Source of the DNA: Geosiphon pyriformis uo1 | Taxonomy: Eukaryota > Fungi > Glomeromycota | Length of the DNA: 64,000 nucleotides | Reading direction: 5' to 3' | NCBI GenBank assembly: GCA_016748015.1 | Contig: JAAOMT010000664.1 | Location: 1,723,569-1,787,568, forward strand | Shown here: in pieces, positions 38,680-52,557 of the stretch | How positions within the stretch are numbered: the first letter of the stretch is position 1 | Layout of the letters: each line of letters begins with the position of its first letter | Made by a program: the position numbers and the translations under genes | The notes under the pieces: model-generated | Told to the model about the DNA's origin: nothing | Databases searched by the model: none | Seen by the model: only the letters and a program-made list of their open reading frames with translations

Positions 38680-41600
38680 TTAAAGTTTTCCTTGTAAAAT
38701 TAGTTCAATGCTATTGTTAATAAAATCCTTGCGAGAAGTCATATCAATTCTAAAGACGGCTGTCAATTGTTCCCGAACTGAATAGTTTGTTAATCAATGA
38801 TATTTTTAGAAAATTGTGAAGACGAAGGTGAAGGAAATATCAGGATGGCCAAAATGTAAAGGAAGAAATTTTTATTAATCAATAAGCGTAACAGATTTCA
38901 ACAAAAACTCGAATCGAGATCCCTACATACCTTGTTTTTTCGTAATGTTCATGAGATTTGCTGTAGCCAAAATATTTCTGATTTCGATTAAAACTTCATC
39001 CTCGGTTGGACCGTCAGCCCCTGGAGAGGAGTAGGCACTCATGGGTCTTGATGGAACACCTTCTAGCGTAGAATTTCTTGTTTCTGACATTTGATCGACT
39101 CCGCCGGTGCTATAACGAGAATTTCTATACTCAGATGGATATCGAGGTACGGGTGATCGTGATCTACTACGTTTATCTTGTGCCGCAAGATTTGTATCAC
39201 GATAATAATCAGTCACACTACCGGCTCCCCCATATTGGCTCCCACCGTATTGACTTCCAGTTTCATAATTGCCCCCTACTACTCTTGGTGCTTGACTACC
39301 TTTGCTATGATAGGTTCTCGCAGTACTTCTCGACCTAATAGATTCATGAGATCCGGTAGTTCCAACTTCCCACATTTCTTGTTCATAATCAGCCCATTTC
39401 TTTTTCGGAATACTTTCTTCATCGAACTTCTCATCTGCCACGGAAACTTGTTTTATCCCTTTTTCACCCACCACCATGCGTGTATTACCCCAGCTAAAAT
39501 CATCAAAATGCCAAAATGCATAGACCGGTATGAAAAAGGAAAAGATCGGGAAAGCCAACAAATAAATAATCATCCACCCAACATGTTGCCATTGTCGTTT
39601 AAGAATGAAGATAATCGCTTGAAGACCGTAAACAGCCGCCAACATTGCCAGTGCAATGATTGGTAAAGTTTGTTTTTTCGTGGCCACAGCCCAAATTAAA
39701 TAGATGATATAGATGACGGTTGATGGTAGAATTAAGGTTCCAAAGAGGTCGATAAATACGACGAATCTCATCGAAAAACAACAGAATCCACACATTTCCG
39801 GTAAGAACATTAACTCCATTAGATTATGAATTGTTGAATTAATCCATCTTCTCCGTTGCGATAATAAAACTCCCCATCGATCAGGTGCTGCTGTTTTACA
39901 CATTGCATCGGGCGTAAAAGTCATCTTATACTGTGAAAAATGCTTCATCATTAACGTTGTCAGGTATCGATCTTCTCCGAGTGATAATAAATTCTTTTTA
40001 TGGAGTGTATCAACCTGATTCTCCGAATAATCATCAATTACGCTAGACGAAATGATTAAAGGTGTTCCTTTGGTAGGCGTTCGAATTCGATACATACAGA
40101 AACACCCAGGTAGACAGGTAACCGATCCGAATAGGGATTCGAAGGCTTTGGCCAAATGATGAGAAATATAATATTCGTAAACTTGAATCATTGTAGTCCA
40201 TGATCCTTCTTCATCTATGAGCGTTGTTTCACCACAAATTCCAATAATTCGACCATCGTGAAGCATACAGGATATCATACGATTTAACGAATCTGCCATT
40301 ACTTCTGTATCTGCGTCAACCATCAAAATATATTCGTACAAGGCAGGATTAACTCCGATAACATTCTTCATTTGGTGATAAATTTCCAATTCCAATGGTG
40401 TCATTTCTAGATCGAAATGAACCTTATTCAAAAATCTCATCAAAATGATTTGGGAATCACGTTTTCCACGATTCCCAGGTCTCGAGACTTCCGAAGGTTT
40501 TCCAACTTTCACCACTACAATATAAGGCACAACATGTCCCTCATGCTCATACAGGCCAGAATAAACCTTGCCATAGTTCATTTGTTGCGACCCTTCTCCG
40601 ACTGATTTAAACGCTAACGGTTCAGGATCCATTTTCGGATCTACTCCTAAAATGTCCAGAACAATCCTTGGTGTTGGTCTATCATTACCAGAGCCAATAA
40701 TCATACCATCAGCAATAAAGAAAAGTAATTTTCTCTTATCGTCATAAGTAAGAGCAGCCAAAGAGTCCATTGTCCTTTTCAGTGAATCTTCTCCTTCGGT
40801 ATAGCATGGTACTTGACAAATGACGAATTTATCATGATCTTCCGGCTTACGTCTGGTGCCCAGCTGCAAAGCGGCCAAGAATTTAATCAACACTACTGCC
40901 ATGAGAACAATCGAGACTGCCAATAGAATGTAATTATTGAACTGACATCGGAACGATTTTCGGAAATCAACTCTTCCCACATAGAAAAGGTTATCGAGAC
41001 AATACAAATTTTTTTTCCGTACATCGGGAGTGATTACAGGTTTATTAAAATAACTTGTTACGTCACGTCCTGCGAGATCTTTGAATAATGTCTCAATATT
41101 TCCGTCAAGATAATGATAATTTGGGCTTGGTGGTGGATCTTGACGATTTTGCTGATTGGAGGCTTTAGCGGTCGCGAAATAATCGGATAAATCATAGACC
41201 TTTTTGTTGATGATTGACCAATAACGATTCTGCGTGGTAGCTTGATAATACACCTCATCTTTGTCCCAGACGAGGTCGCCCTTTAAAAAAGTTTTCATTC
41301 GAGGTAGGAAAAATCTAGTGTACCAATCCGGTTGAGCAAGTCTTGAAGATCGATAATTGCGACTTGGATAGGTGTGACTGAAACTTCCGGGAACTATGTT
41401 TGTTATGTTTGGGTTCACCTTAAGCAGATTTTGGGCATCATTGAACGTCAGACCTTGACAAGCCTCGGTTAAAGCTATTGGAAAGTAAGAGGTGACATCA
41501 GTACCAGCATATGGTTGCATTTGTTGACCACCTGCGGCAAAGTTTACAATATCTGAATGATCCATTTGCCAAAAAGAGCTGATGTCGTAGACTCTGCCTC

Positions 41601-44600
41601 TTAGACTGACCCAAAAGTCATTATCGCCAGTGTGATAGGAAACTTCTCTTTCGTCCCAAACTTTATTATCACCAGGGCAAATAATTTTTCCGAATACGAT
41701 GATGTAAAAAAGGATAATAGCCGAGAGTAAGAAGATCATTAGGCAAAGTACGAATTTTTCTCGCCAAGCCATTCTTACATCTGGACGTTTCATTCCACCG
41801 ACCCATGATAGCAAAAATGATGGTATCCACCAAGTCATAAGCCACACAAATCGAACCCACCATTTACGCGTCTTAGTGATAGGTATTTTTTCGATCTCAT
41901 CAGCCCCATTACCACCCTTTTCCGTCGTTATATTCAAGTCACCGTTACGTGACAACCTATCAAAATGAAAAAGACTAAGGATACTTTTCATAAAAAATAA
42001 TCATCAATAAGAGCTGGGTTCAACAGAAACTTACCCATCCCCGCTATTACCTCCCCATTGACTCCCCCACATACTAGCCTCTTCTTCCTCGATACCATGA
42101 CCTCCTGCACCACTTTTAGAATAATAATCTTCCTCACTGTCCGCATAACTTCGATCATCATAATAATCGCTATTAGCATAAGTAACTCTCGTCGGTATTA
42201 AACGATCCATTGAACTGGCAGCACTGGCAACTGCCACATTTCTTCCAGTCCGTTCACCACCACCGTTAAAGCCACTTGCCAAACTTTCATCATCTTTAAG
42301 AGCTTTTGCTCTGGCCCTTTCTTCCTTTTCAGCTGCTCTTAAAACATCCTCTAGTTCCTTCCATATCGGATCTGATAGGAAAACATATTGTCTCCCCAAA
42401 GAAACAGCTCCTTCTCCCCATCCACTGATGCTCAGAAAGTTCTGAATTTTTTGTCGATCGGAAGGGGATGATTCCACATTTAATGGTTGTACAATCGATT
42501 CATATCGAGATAGGAAATCGGAAAAGGTATAATGTGCCGTATAATCAATTCTCTTACGAGCAACTATATCCGGTATTAGGAAAACACGGACTTGAGATTT
42601 AACTCGCTTAGCATCAAAAACATTCGGTTCGTGATTATCATTTGGACGAATTTGAATCACATTCCACATTCTTGTCTCCCCAAGTGAATCCAATAATTGA
42701 TTCAGGATGGTGTAAAGTTGAGTAGCAACAGTTGCCACCTCCAGATGTTTCTTTCGACTTCCAGAAACTTTTTCATCAAGAGATTTTTCACCTTCAAGAG
42801 TAACGGTGGTGTCAGTTGTGACAGCTTTTTTCGACTTCTTCATGCTTGGAGCACGCATTGGTTTAGTTGGCAATTGTGCCATTACAATAGTTTTTTCATT
42901 TTTAGGATGATTTTCAATTGCTAACGCGGGTCCAGAAAACAATTTGTTGATAAAAGAATTGTCGGTAACACGGAAAAGATTCACAAAATTGGTGGATAAA
43001 TTGTCTAAATTCTTTTCGATAAAACTATCGGTAGAATAAATCACTTGACCGGCGAAATGATTAATTCCAAATCCTCCGGATTTCGGCCCAAGCTTCGAAT
43101 TAGAGGGATTGGCGACAAAAGAGGGATGCGAGCTAAAATTACTTTGAAAAGCCGATAAAAGCTTTGTCTCATCAGAAGTCTCACGACCATTCTGAATTTT
43201 AGCAGATTCCTCATCAAGGATTGAAATCAAACCCCCAATCTTCGTCTTGGGACTAGGGTTAGTGGTATCACCTCTTAAAAGTTCCACACACCCAGTATTA
43301 TCCATGGTCATGACCCGAGGTAATGAAATACCATCTCGACTTATTTCGGCATTTTCGCCGACGCTATCATCAAAAATATGTTTTAGGACGAAGTTTTCTA
43401 CTTCTTCGGTTGCTACATTATGACAAAATTGTTCAAAAGAATTTTTAGGGAGGTTTTGATAACCAGGTTGATCCAAAAGTCCAATAAAATTGGGAGGTTC
43501 ATCAGAGTTGATAAGTTTTTCATTAATGTGTTCAACTATCCACGTGAATAATATGGAGTATAAAGCTCTTGCAAGGGCATCCCTTTGTTCTGTCGCGGCT
43601 TCTGCGTTCAAAAAAACGGTACACAGCTCTTTGCTAATATACTTTGTTTTGTAGGTTAATGTTTGTTCAAGTTCGAATGTAGGAACACCCAAGTATTCAG
43701 CAACAGTATCGAGTAAATGATGATTCTTAATTGAAGCGGCTTCATCACGAGCATTCTTTCCGGGACTCACAAATTCAATGTTCCCCAATAATAAAATGGC
43801 GGACAAGAGTTGCCATATTTGAGCCACAGTTTTACTTTTGAATCCTAAAGCTTTAAGAGAAGCTCGTAAATCTTCCATTTTTATAGCATCATCAACATCT
43901 GGTATATTATAACATTTTGATTGAGAAAGGTAATTGTAATGCTGAGGATCTTGTAAGTGAAGTTGAGATTTTTCTTCAGTTTTTGCACCAGCCAACAAAT
44001 AATAGAAGACGTGATAATTTCGTTCATCTTGAGGTACTTGGGTAACTCGTGATTTATCTAAAGCATAAGTTAACGCCTTAGAACCAATAATTCGACCACG
44101 TTCATTGAATTGTAATTCCAAGTATTTGCCAAATCGTGAAGCATTCCTATTTTGTATAGTTTTGGCATTACCAAAAGCCTCCAAGATTGATTGGGCATTT
44201 TCAATGAGAAAGGCGATCTTCGATTCTTTCTTCGTATGAGTTGAAAGTAGTAGAAGTTGCTTTAAGATGTGTGTCTGGGTGGCAGTTTTACCCGAACCAG
44301 AGATACCACTGATTTGATTATATTTAGTGAGGAAAAATTAAAAAAATTAAAAGATTGACATATTTGTGTAACGTTACATGATAAAATACAGGGATTGAAA
44401 CAAATATTTGTTGTTGTTGTGTTATTTTCATTATTATTGTTTTTTGTTATTGTTTTTTTATAAATACCTAAATACAACACTTTGGTCCTCGGCAGACCTT
44501 CTCATATGTAAATAAACCCTGGCGGCCAGCTCATAAACGTGAGGTTGTAAGGCCGACTTATTGCCATTGGTATCTTTATACCATTGTTCAGCATAATCTT

Positions 44601-44838
44601 TAGCAGTTGCATCGTTCATACATTCTAATGGTTTTAAAGGATTAACGACTACCAAGGTAGAGGCGTTGATTCGAGTGTAAGGTAGGTCAGCTTTGAATCG
44701 AGTAGCAAGGAGTTGAATAACTTCTTCATCTGAAGGAGCACCAGCAAAACTTGACAGTAGTTGTGTGAGGTCGACTCTATCGTCGGTTGGTTTGGATGAG
44801 GACGTTGTAGGATTTGAATTTTTTTTCTGTTTCCCCAT
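38680..44838 (-). CDS. Chitin synthase with N-terminal myosin motor-like domain (class V/VII, CsmA/Mcs1-like), ~1922 aa; exons 44838-44468, 44308-42035, 41956-38931, 38777-38680
   Basis: Myosin motifs PHVY, GISGSGKT, EAFGNAKT..N.SRFGK, ERNYHVFY; two cytochrome b5-like segments; GT2 motifs PCYTEG, VDADT, GEDRYL, QRRRW; C-terminal DEK-C. Exon sum 5769 nt, in frame. Confidence 0.95.
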
Positions 44839-45949
44839 GTCTATTTTTATTTTTCAAGGGGGAACGAGCGGTTGAAAACAAGCGAAAAGCCTATTGCTTA
44901 TGGTTACTCTTATTAATTTTATTATTAGGTATACAAAGTATTATACAGAGAGAAAAAAAGTTGGTTCCCTGTTATTTGTCTTGGATTGTTGAAGTCCCAA
45001 TATCAACACACATAACACGCGCGCACACCGAAAATTTGAAACAAGGAAAGTGAGTTTATATATCAGGGGTGATCTGGAAAAGGATAAAAGAAGTGTTAAA
45101 CACTTTGCCGTTTAATCAAGTTAGAAACTGGACAACCAGTTTTTTAAAGTGTGTAACAGTTAAATTTAGTTAGTTAGAAATATTAAATAATAATAATGGT
45201 GATAATAATGATGTCTAACTTTATCAAGATGAAGGTCATTCCATTTTGGTTATTCGAAATATAGACTCATCAATACTATAACTTCTCACTATATCTGGAT
45301 ATTGAATGCACAATTGTATATATACACTGCCAATTTTGCGTACAGCTTGGTTGAAAATAACAAGTTACAGATTTTATATGTTTAGTGACCAAAAAAAATG
45401 CCACGGCCTCACGCTAGTACATGTGGAACACAAGTAAAATGAAGTAAACTAGAAAATTTCATTTGTTATAAATGGAAACTACTACATTTTCATTTAAAAT
45501 TTGATTATACCATTTAGGTGTAGTGATAAAGCCTAAAATTGGACTTGATTAATATAAACGATTGTCGAATTTATCATAATAATGGGATTAATCATATCAT
45601 CACATGGCTTAAAATTCAACAGGTTTATATTTGCTCGTTTTTTAAAGATAACTTCTTAGGAATTCTCCAAAGCCACTTTTGATAATGGTACAGCCCGATT
45701 TAAAATCTAGTTTTGGACAAGAAAATTTTCTTGCTCATTTTAGTTTTAAATGAGAAATTTCTTTTCATAAAATAATTCTTGAAATTGATATTTTACTGAT
45801 CTATTGACAGTGGCTAATTGTACAATGTCGAAAATAAAAGTCATAAAAATATTAATGCAATTCCAAAGATTCCTAATTATTTAACATAAATTGAAGAGAG
45901 TTATGCTACATAAAAAAATATTTTAGTCCATCGAAAATATTTTAAACCC

Positions 45950-48900
45950 TTATTTACCAAAAAATCTATCAAAAAGATTTGTCACTTTCCATTCATTTGT
46001 ATTATAATCTTCAACATCAACATCAACATCATCATCATCATCAATATCACTCCCAAGATCTTGACCACTTATTTTTAAACGCGGATGATCACTTTTGAAA
46101 AATCTTCCTGAATCACCTTGTTGTAAGATTGATGAGTTGGTACTAGTTGCGGTAGTCGTCGTCGTCTTCGTAGATGCTGTTACTAAATGTTGTCGTAGTC
46201 TTTTTTCTAAATCGCTATTACTTGCTGAAGTTCTTATTTGTTTAGGAGTTGTGATTAATTTTGATGTTGGTGTTGCGGAGGGTGGTTGTGATAATGATAT
46301 AGGTGAAGATCTAGGTGAACCTCCAATATATTGAATAGTGTTAGATGAAGAGCGAATAGTTGTTGGTGTTGATCTATTTATCCTGCTATCATCATTACTA
46401 TTATAGTTACTTTGATCATGACTAGCGTTATTATTATTGTTTCTCGAATTATTGAACCGTTTTTGTTGTCGTTTTTGTACAAATTCATTATTATTACGTC
46501 CAAGTAATGTTAAATTATCCTCCAAGTTTCTTTTTCCATTATCATTTTCCATATAATTCTTAAATTTCTCAACTTCAACTTCATCTTTCGTGTCATAAAA
46601 TGTGTTTCTAATATTCATTGAATTGTTGTTATGATATTGTTGCTGATTATTCTGGTAGTTGTTATGATTATAAGATTTATTATCATTATCATTATTATTG
46701 TTATTATTTCCAATATCACGTCCAAAAAATGATACAACACCACGCTTAAAAATCGTTCCAACTGATTCCATACTTTCTCTTCTCTTTCGCACCCTTAAAG
46801 TGTTCGGTGCACTATGACTACTGAATGAATCCATATTTTGTTCGGTATAATAAGTTTCTTCTGCAAATGTATCAATACTTCCAATAGATATATCACGATC
46901 GTGTGAAAATTCTACAGACATTCGTCGACTGTGATGTCTTGAGGTATTTGTGGGTGATTGAACCTCTTTTACTCCTCCAAATACTCGACTAATAAAGAAA
47001 GCTCCTAATCCTCCATCACTGGTTTGATTTCTTCTTCTATCTCGTTGTTGCTGTTGTGATTGTTTTTGTTCCTGATTATCATCCGGTTTGTTACTTATCA
47101 AACTTTTGTCAAATTCTTCCTCGGCTTTTCGTCGATTTTCTTCCACTTTTTGTACATATGAAACTTGTACCTCATTAACCATTATTCGTAATTTTCCAAT
47201 TTCTGCTAATATGTCTTGCATCAGATGCGTGAGTGGTAAGAATTCTTCCAATGAAAATTTATATAAATCTTTATTATTCCCGTCTTCTGATCCGCAATAA
47301 TCAACGTGTGTTTGCTTTATACGTGATTTTTCAACTTCATTCCCCCTTAAGTCTTCAGCCCATCTAAACCGTTCTCTTAAATTTTCCACATCAACCAAAA
47401 TATTTTCAATTAAATTGTTACTGATATTGGATAATTCCAACATATCAAATTGTCTTTTCAAGTTACGATTCAATGTCATTATATCTGTACCCTTCAAGCG
47501 ATCCATTAAATTATTGACACAGTTGAAAAGTGCTTGATATGGACTTTGATGTTGTGGTAATTCAGGAGGCAAAGGATGATTTACATTATTACCACTACCA
47601 CCAACGTTTTCTTCATCATCAACTGCTGGTGCGTATACCATGATCGAGGGAATATGAAGTGATGTACGGCGTGTGGCTGTAGAAGTGCGACGAGATCCTG
47701 AGGAAAGTCCATGTTCAACTTCATTGGCAAGCGCAGCTGCTTCAGCGGCAGAAAGATTAGCTTCACCAACAAGAACTTCTTCCACAAAATCTTTGACAGG
47801 TGAATCGGATAAATCCATTCGAGTTTTCCCCTTTATATTATCCATTTTATTTTTATCCAATGAGTTCATTTGTGTTCTTGTCTCTGTATCATGTTGACGA
47901 ACCTTTTCTTTTTGATCTTGATTTCGAGAAGTTTTCACTTGTTCTTTAGCCACACCAGCACGCCAAGCTTCCATCATTTGTTTACGTTCCTTAGGCCCCA
48001 ATGTCGCAAATTTGGGATTTTTAAATGCCGGTATGTTTGGTTTAATTGATTTTGATTTTGGATTCGCTGGTGAATCTGACAGTTGTGAAACTTTAACTGA
48101 CAATGAACTATTAGCTGTTGATTTAGTACGTCTAGAAGCTGCAAGTGGTGATGATAGATTAGGTTTATGTTGTTTACCATCCAATCCTGATTCTTGAATT
48201 TTATTAGGGATTCCACCACGTCTTGAAAGATTTACTGCCGATGCTGGTGATGATTCTTTAGCTTCAAAATTGTTTTGAACATCTTTTTCTTTTGTATCGT
48301 TATCGGATTTTTTGCTCAATATATTTTCATCACTATTCTCGGAGCGTATATTATTTTCCGCATCTTTAAGTCCAGCTGATAATAAGGAAATACTGTTACT
48401 TCTTTGTATTGTTGGTCTCTGTCCTTTTATTGATATAGCCGATAAGGATTTTGACGTATTAGCTTTATCTTTAATCTCTTTAGTGAGTAAGATTGAACTA
48501 TATTTGTCGAATTCCTTTTGTTCCTGGTTTTCTGCGTTTTTGAAGGAAGCCTCGCAAGAAATAACTTCACTTGCGTCCACCACCACCTTTTCCTCCTAAA
48601 TCGTGTGTCAGGAAAGGGTAAACCAGAGGGAGAAGAAAGAGAGGGCCTGAATGAGGAATAAATAACCAAATAGTTTTGCGATTTGTATCAGAAGAATTAT
48701 GGTCCATGGTGGGTTGCGCTCACTAAAACATATAATCTAGTTTTTTCTTTGTTTACGTTTTTTAGGGGATTATGATTCAAGAACTTCACCACCAATGACC
48801 AAATTAAATATCTTCTTTGCGAAACACAATTAAAAGATGAAATTTACAAAAAATAAGAATTAAACAAAGTTTACAAACCCCATTTACTCTTTCTTCATCA

Positions 48901-51289
48901 AATTCATCGGTATATGTTAAATCCTCCGATTCTGAATATGAATCATCTGTTTTTTCTTTTTCTTTTTTGGTGGCTTTAATTCCCTCATTATTTTCTTCCA
49001 CTTTCGGATGTTTTATCTCCGGTTTTTGTCCATCTTCAACAATCTCCACGAATCTTTTCTTGCCCTTTTTGAGAGCTCCCTGACCAGGTCTTCGTGTACC
49101 TCGAGGTTTTTTTTTCATAAGATATTTTTCCAATTCTCCAAATACGCTTCCTCGAACAATATCAGCCTTTTCCGAAGGGTAATGATGATAATGATGATAA
49201 TGATGATGATAATGCGGTGGATTTGAACTAGAAAGCATCGAGTTAGAAATAAGCGATCCAGCGGGAGAAGCAAGTGATGGATCCACGACCATGCTATTGA
49301 AAGTGTTGATGGAGGCGGCTCCTCCAAAGGAAGAAGATAGAACGCTAGCTGACATGTGAGGATGTATGGGGCGTCCAGGTATTTTCGTTGTTAAGCTGCC
49401 AGTACCTTCTAGACTTTCATCGATAAAGACGGCTGTTACAGGAGAATCTTCCTCAATAGTAGCCCCCTCATCTACAGGTAAACCCTTCTTGAAAGGTATT
49501 GGGCATGAAACATCGGTCGCATAGCTAGGCGGATAAGGAGAATATCCGGTTGCATTTGCAGTTTCCAATTCTTCGACACGATTTTGCAGTGTGCTTACTT
49601 CGTTTCGCGACTCAGTAAGCAACTCACGATATTCTATAATATTTGATTTTAATTTATGGTTTGCCGATGAAAGCTCCTTTATCAGGGTAATTAAATGGGT
49701 ATTGGCTTCATTATTTGCCGATGACTGCTACAATGAAATTTCTTATTTTATTACTATTACAATTGAATTGGAACAACCAAACCAATTGTTGATTGTAAAA
49801 AATTACAATCTTTAGGAGAACACATACCTTAAACTCATCTCTTAGACGCTCATTTGATTCACGTAACATAGCTACAGCTTCTAATTTTCCTTTTGATCGG
49901 TGACTATCATTTTGGTCTCGCTTTAACCTTTCATACGAACTATGAAGTGCATCTATGAAATATTCAAATTAACATGAGAATTGTACGAGAAAGATTTAAG
50001 AGAGAAATGAAATCGTCAGATAATTTGAGCGAGAGCAAATATACCATATTTTCCTTTTATTTTTCGAACTCTAGCTTCGGCTGCACTCTCAGCTTTACGA
50101 GCTACAGTTAGCTCTTGTTTCAAGTCTTCCATTTGTCTTCTTAAGTCTTCCTCTCTTTGCTCACTTCTTTCGCCTTTTATATTATCAGCCATTAACAGCT
50201 TGATTTCATGATCACGTTTCTCAAGTTCTTTGACAAGATCACGTACTCTGGCATCACTTGCTTCGAGTGCGGTAGTTAATGTATCATTTTTCTAAAGGAC
50301 ATAAATCAGTAAAGAGATTTTTTTCTAAAAAGACAGCTAGAATATTTGCAGAAATGAAGATACCCTTTCAACTAAACTCTTTTGTCGTTGTGCATCATCT
50401 AATTGACGTTCCAAGGAAAATTGTGTTTGTTCAAGTTCCCGAACCAGTTCCAATATTTCTGCTTTTTCACGTTGATTATCCTCTCTCTCGATTTTCATTG
50501 TTCTTTGATCTTGTTGCATTTCCCGGATCAGATCTTTAAGTTCTTGAACTTCTTGTTCGGCTCGAGCACACTGAAATTTATACAAAGATGTAAAATTAAT
50601 AATCTCAAACATTTTTGAAACAAAATTCTGAGCGGTTGAATGTATATAAAATACCTGATGTTCCAATGCTTCCTGAAATTCCTCCATTTCTCTTTGATAA
50701 ACCTCATGTTTGTGTAAAAGTGCTTGGCCGACCTCTGGAGAATGGCAAAAGTATCCCGTTTAGCTTTCAAAAAGGAAAGGATTCAATTGTCCAGGTAACC
50801 AACACTTTATTAAAAATAAAGATTATTTAATTGGGTCACTCTGAGCTAAGTAGACTCCTTCCTTCTTGATGCTCGAAGCAATTTTATAATTGCCTCTTGA
50901 GCAGTCGTCTCGGTTTCACAGCTAAAGTTAGGTTGGCGGTGTAACTCACCGGCTGCCAGCCTTAACTCTTCTTCCATGGAACGTGAATTCCTGATAAAAG
51001 TTGTTAAATTGGGACAGTTCTCTCGACCGCAACAACATTCAAGGAGTAGTGGTGATCGAGGTGCAGGTGAAGTACCCCAAAAAGGTGTTCCTGGAGGAGG
51101 TACCTCAAATCTAGAAAAGCTTCCTACTCGAGAGCGTGGAACAGGAATGGCCAAAGTCTCATCTTCACTACCGGAATCGACTGTGAGGTTTTGTTGTTGA
51201 ATATTTGAAGACAGACTATAAGGGGAGTATGAGCGAGAAATGGAAGTGTTTAAGGGTGGAATCGAATCACCAAAGTTGCGGAAGCTCAT
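45950..51289 (-). CDS. Large coiled-coil protein (~1497 aa) with CC1-box (LAAEVGQALL) and Spindly-like motif; exons 51289-50950, 50734-50655, 50570-50364, 50291-50045, 49952-49828, 49727-48879, 48595-45950
   Basis: GT-AG junctions give one continuous frame. CCCGRENC precedes a ~275-aa heptad region; His tract, GSVFGELE, a second helical block and an Asn-rich tail follow. The last intron boundary is less certain. Confidence 0.8.
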
Positions 51290-52251
51290 GGTGATTCCCT
51301 AAGAACTCTACAGGTAAAATTGGGATAGGTGGCTAGTTATTTCCAAACAGAAATTGGTTGTCAATTGATCAATCGATCAACCTACAGGGTGTTAAAAAAG
51401 TTTTAAGTTTGGATCTCTCAAAATTTTATAATGTCTTCGTTCTTATGATACAATTAATAACTAGGTGGATATATTAGAAAGACATGTTAAATGTTTTAAC
51501 TATTGACCTTGGTGAGACTTTTCGCAATACTTAAAGTACTTAAATTTCGATTGCCTTAAGACTTGTTGGTAGGAAAAGTGAAAGAACTAGTCTCGGAGAG
51601 CCTCTTTTATTATATTATTATGCAAGTAGAATATCAATGAACAATGCAACTTAAATCCATATGACATCAATAATTACAGCATAGATCAATTCAAGTTAGT
51701 GATTCTGTTATAATAAATGATTTCTTGATTTGAGGAGTCAGAAAAGGAGGCTCTCCTGAGGGAAAAAGGAGGAAGAATTATGACATGTTCACACCATTTA
51801 AGTCTTACCTTATTAATCTGCTGATTTTCTTCAAATAGATCAATGACTTTCATTTAAATATTAAAGATGATAAGATCGTTCCATCATATTTTTAGTATAC
51901 TAAGCTGTATGATTCTATAACTTGAATATTCATATTTTTATTATAATTACATAGTAATAATAATTTTTGATATTAATTAAAAAATTGTTTACATTAATAA
52001 TGAAAAACTTTTTAAATTTTTAAATTAATATTATTAAAATAATAATATTTTTGGTATTTGATTTTTTATTGTTGTTTGAAATAACAATTAAAATAAAATT
52101 TCAATCAAGTTTTTATTTAATTTTAATATTGGACATTAATAATTTTTAAATTTTTTTTTAATATATATTTTATTTTAAGCAATAATAAAATTATATATTA
52201 ATAATCTTAATTTATTTAAATATTCAATAATTAATTAAACTGAGATAAATA

Positions 52252-52440
52252 TTTTTTTTATTAATACTTTAATAAAATATAATTTAATTATTATCTAATA
52301 CAATACAACAAATTAAGTGTTTTAAATTAAACATAACTTATATATTTTATACATATAACTAGTCATTTAAATCAGCCAAAACTAAATTAAATTGAATCTA
52401 TAAAAACAAACTTACTCAAAAAAAACATCTTATATATAAA
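52252..52440 (-). mobile_element. Decayed LINE 3' end fragment
   Basis: Reverse complement tggctgatttaaatgactagttatatgtataaaatatataagttatgtttaa...tattagataataatt...aataaaaaaa aligns to the LINE-c tail. Confidence 0.6.
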
Positions 52441-52557
52441 TTACAATTAAACTTTTATTATTAAAAACTTAAATTAGTTAACTATATAATAGTTTTATTT
52501 GTTTTAAAATTATTATTAAAAACTTGAAGTTTTTAAATTACTATTATTTTTGCAAAA

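Noticed and set aside
38923-44838. Separate myosin and chitin synthase genes
   Set aside because: A 78-bp GT-AG intron (41957-42034) joins them in frame; the fusion is a known fungal class.
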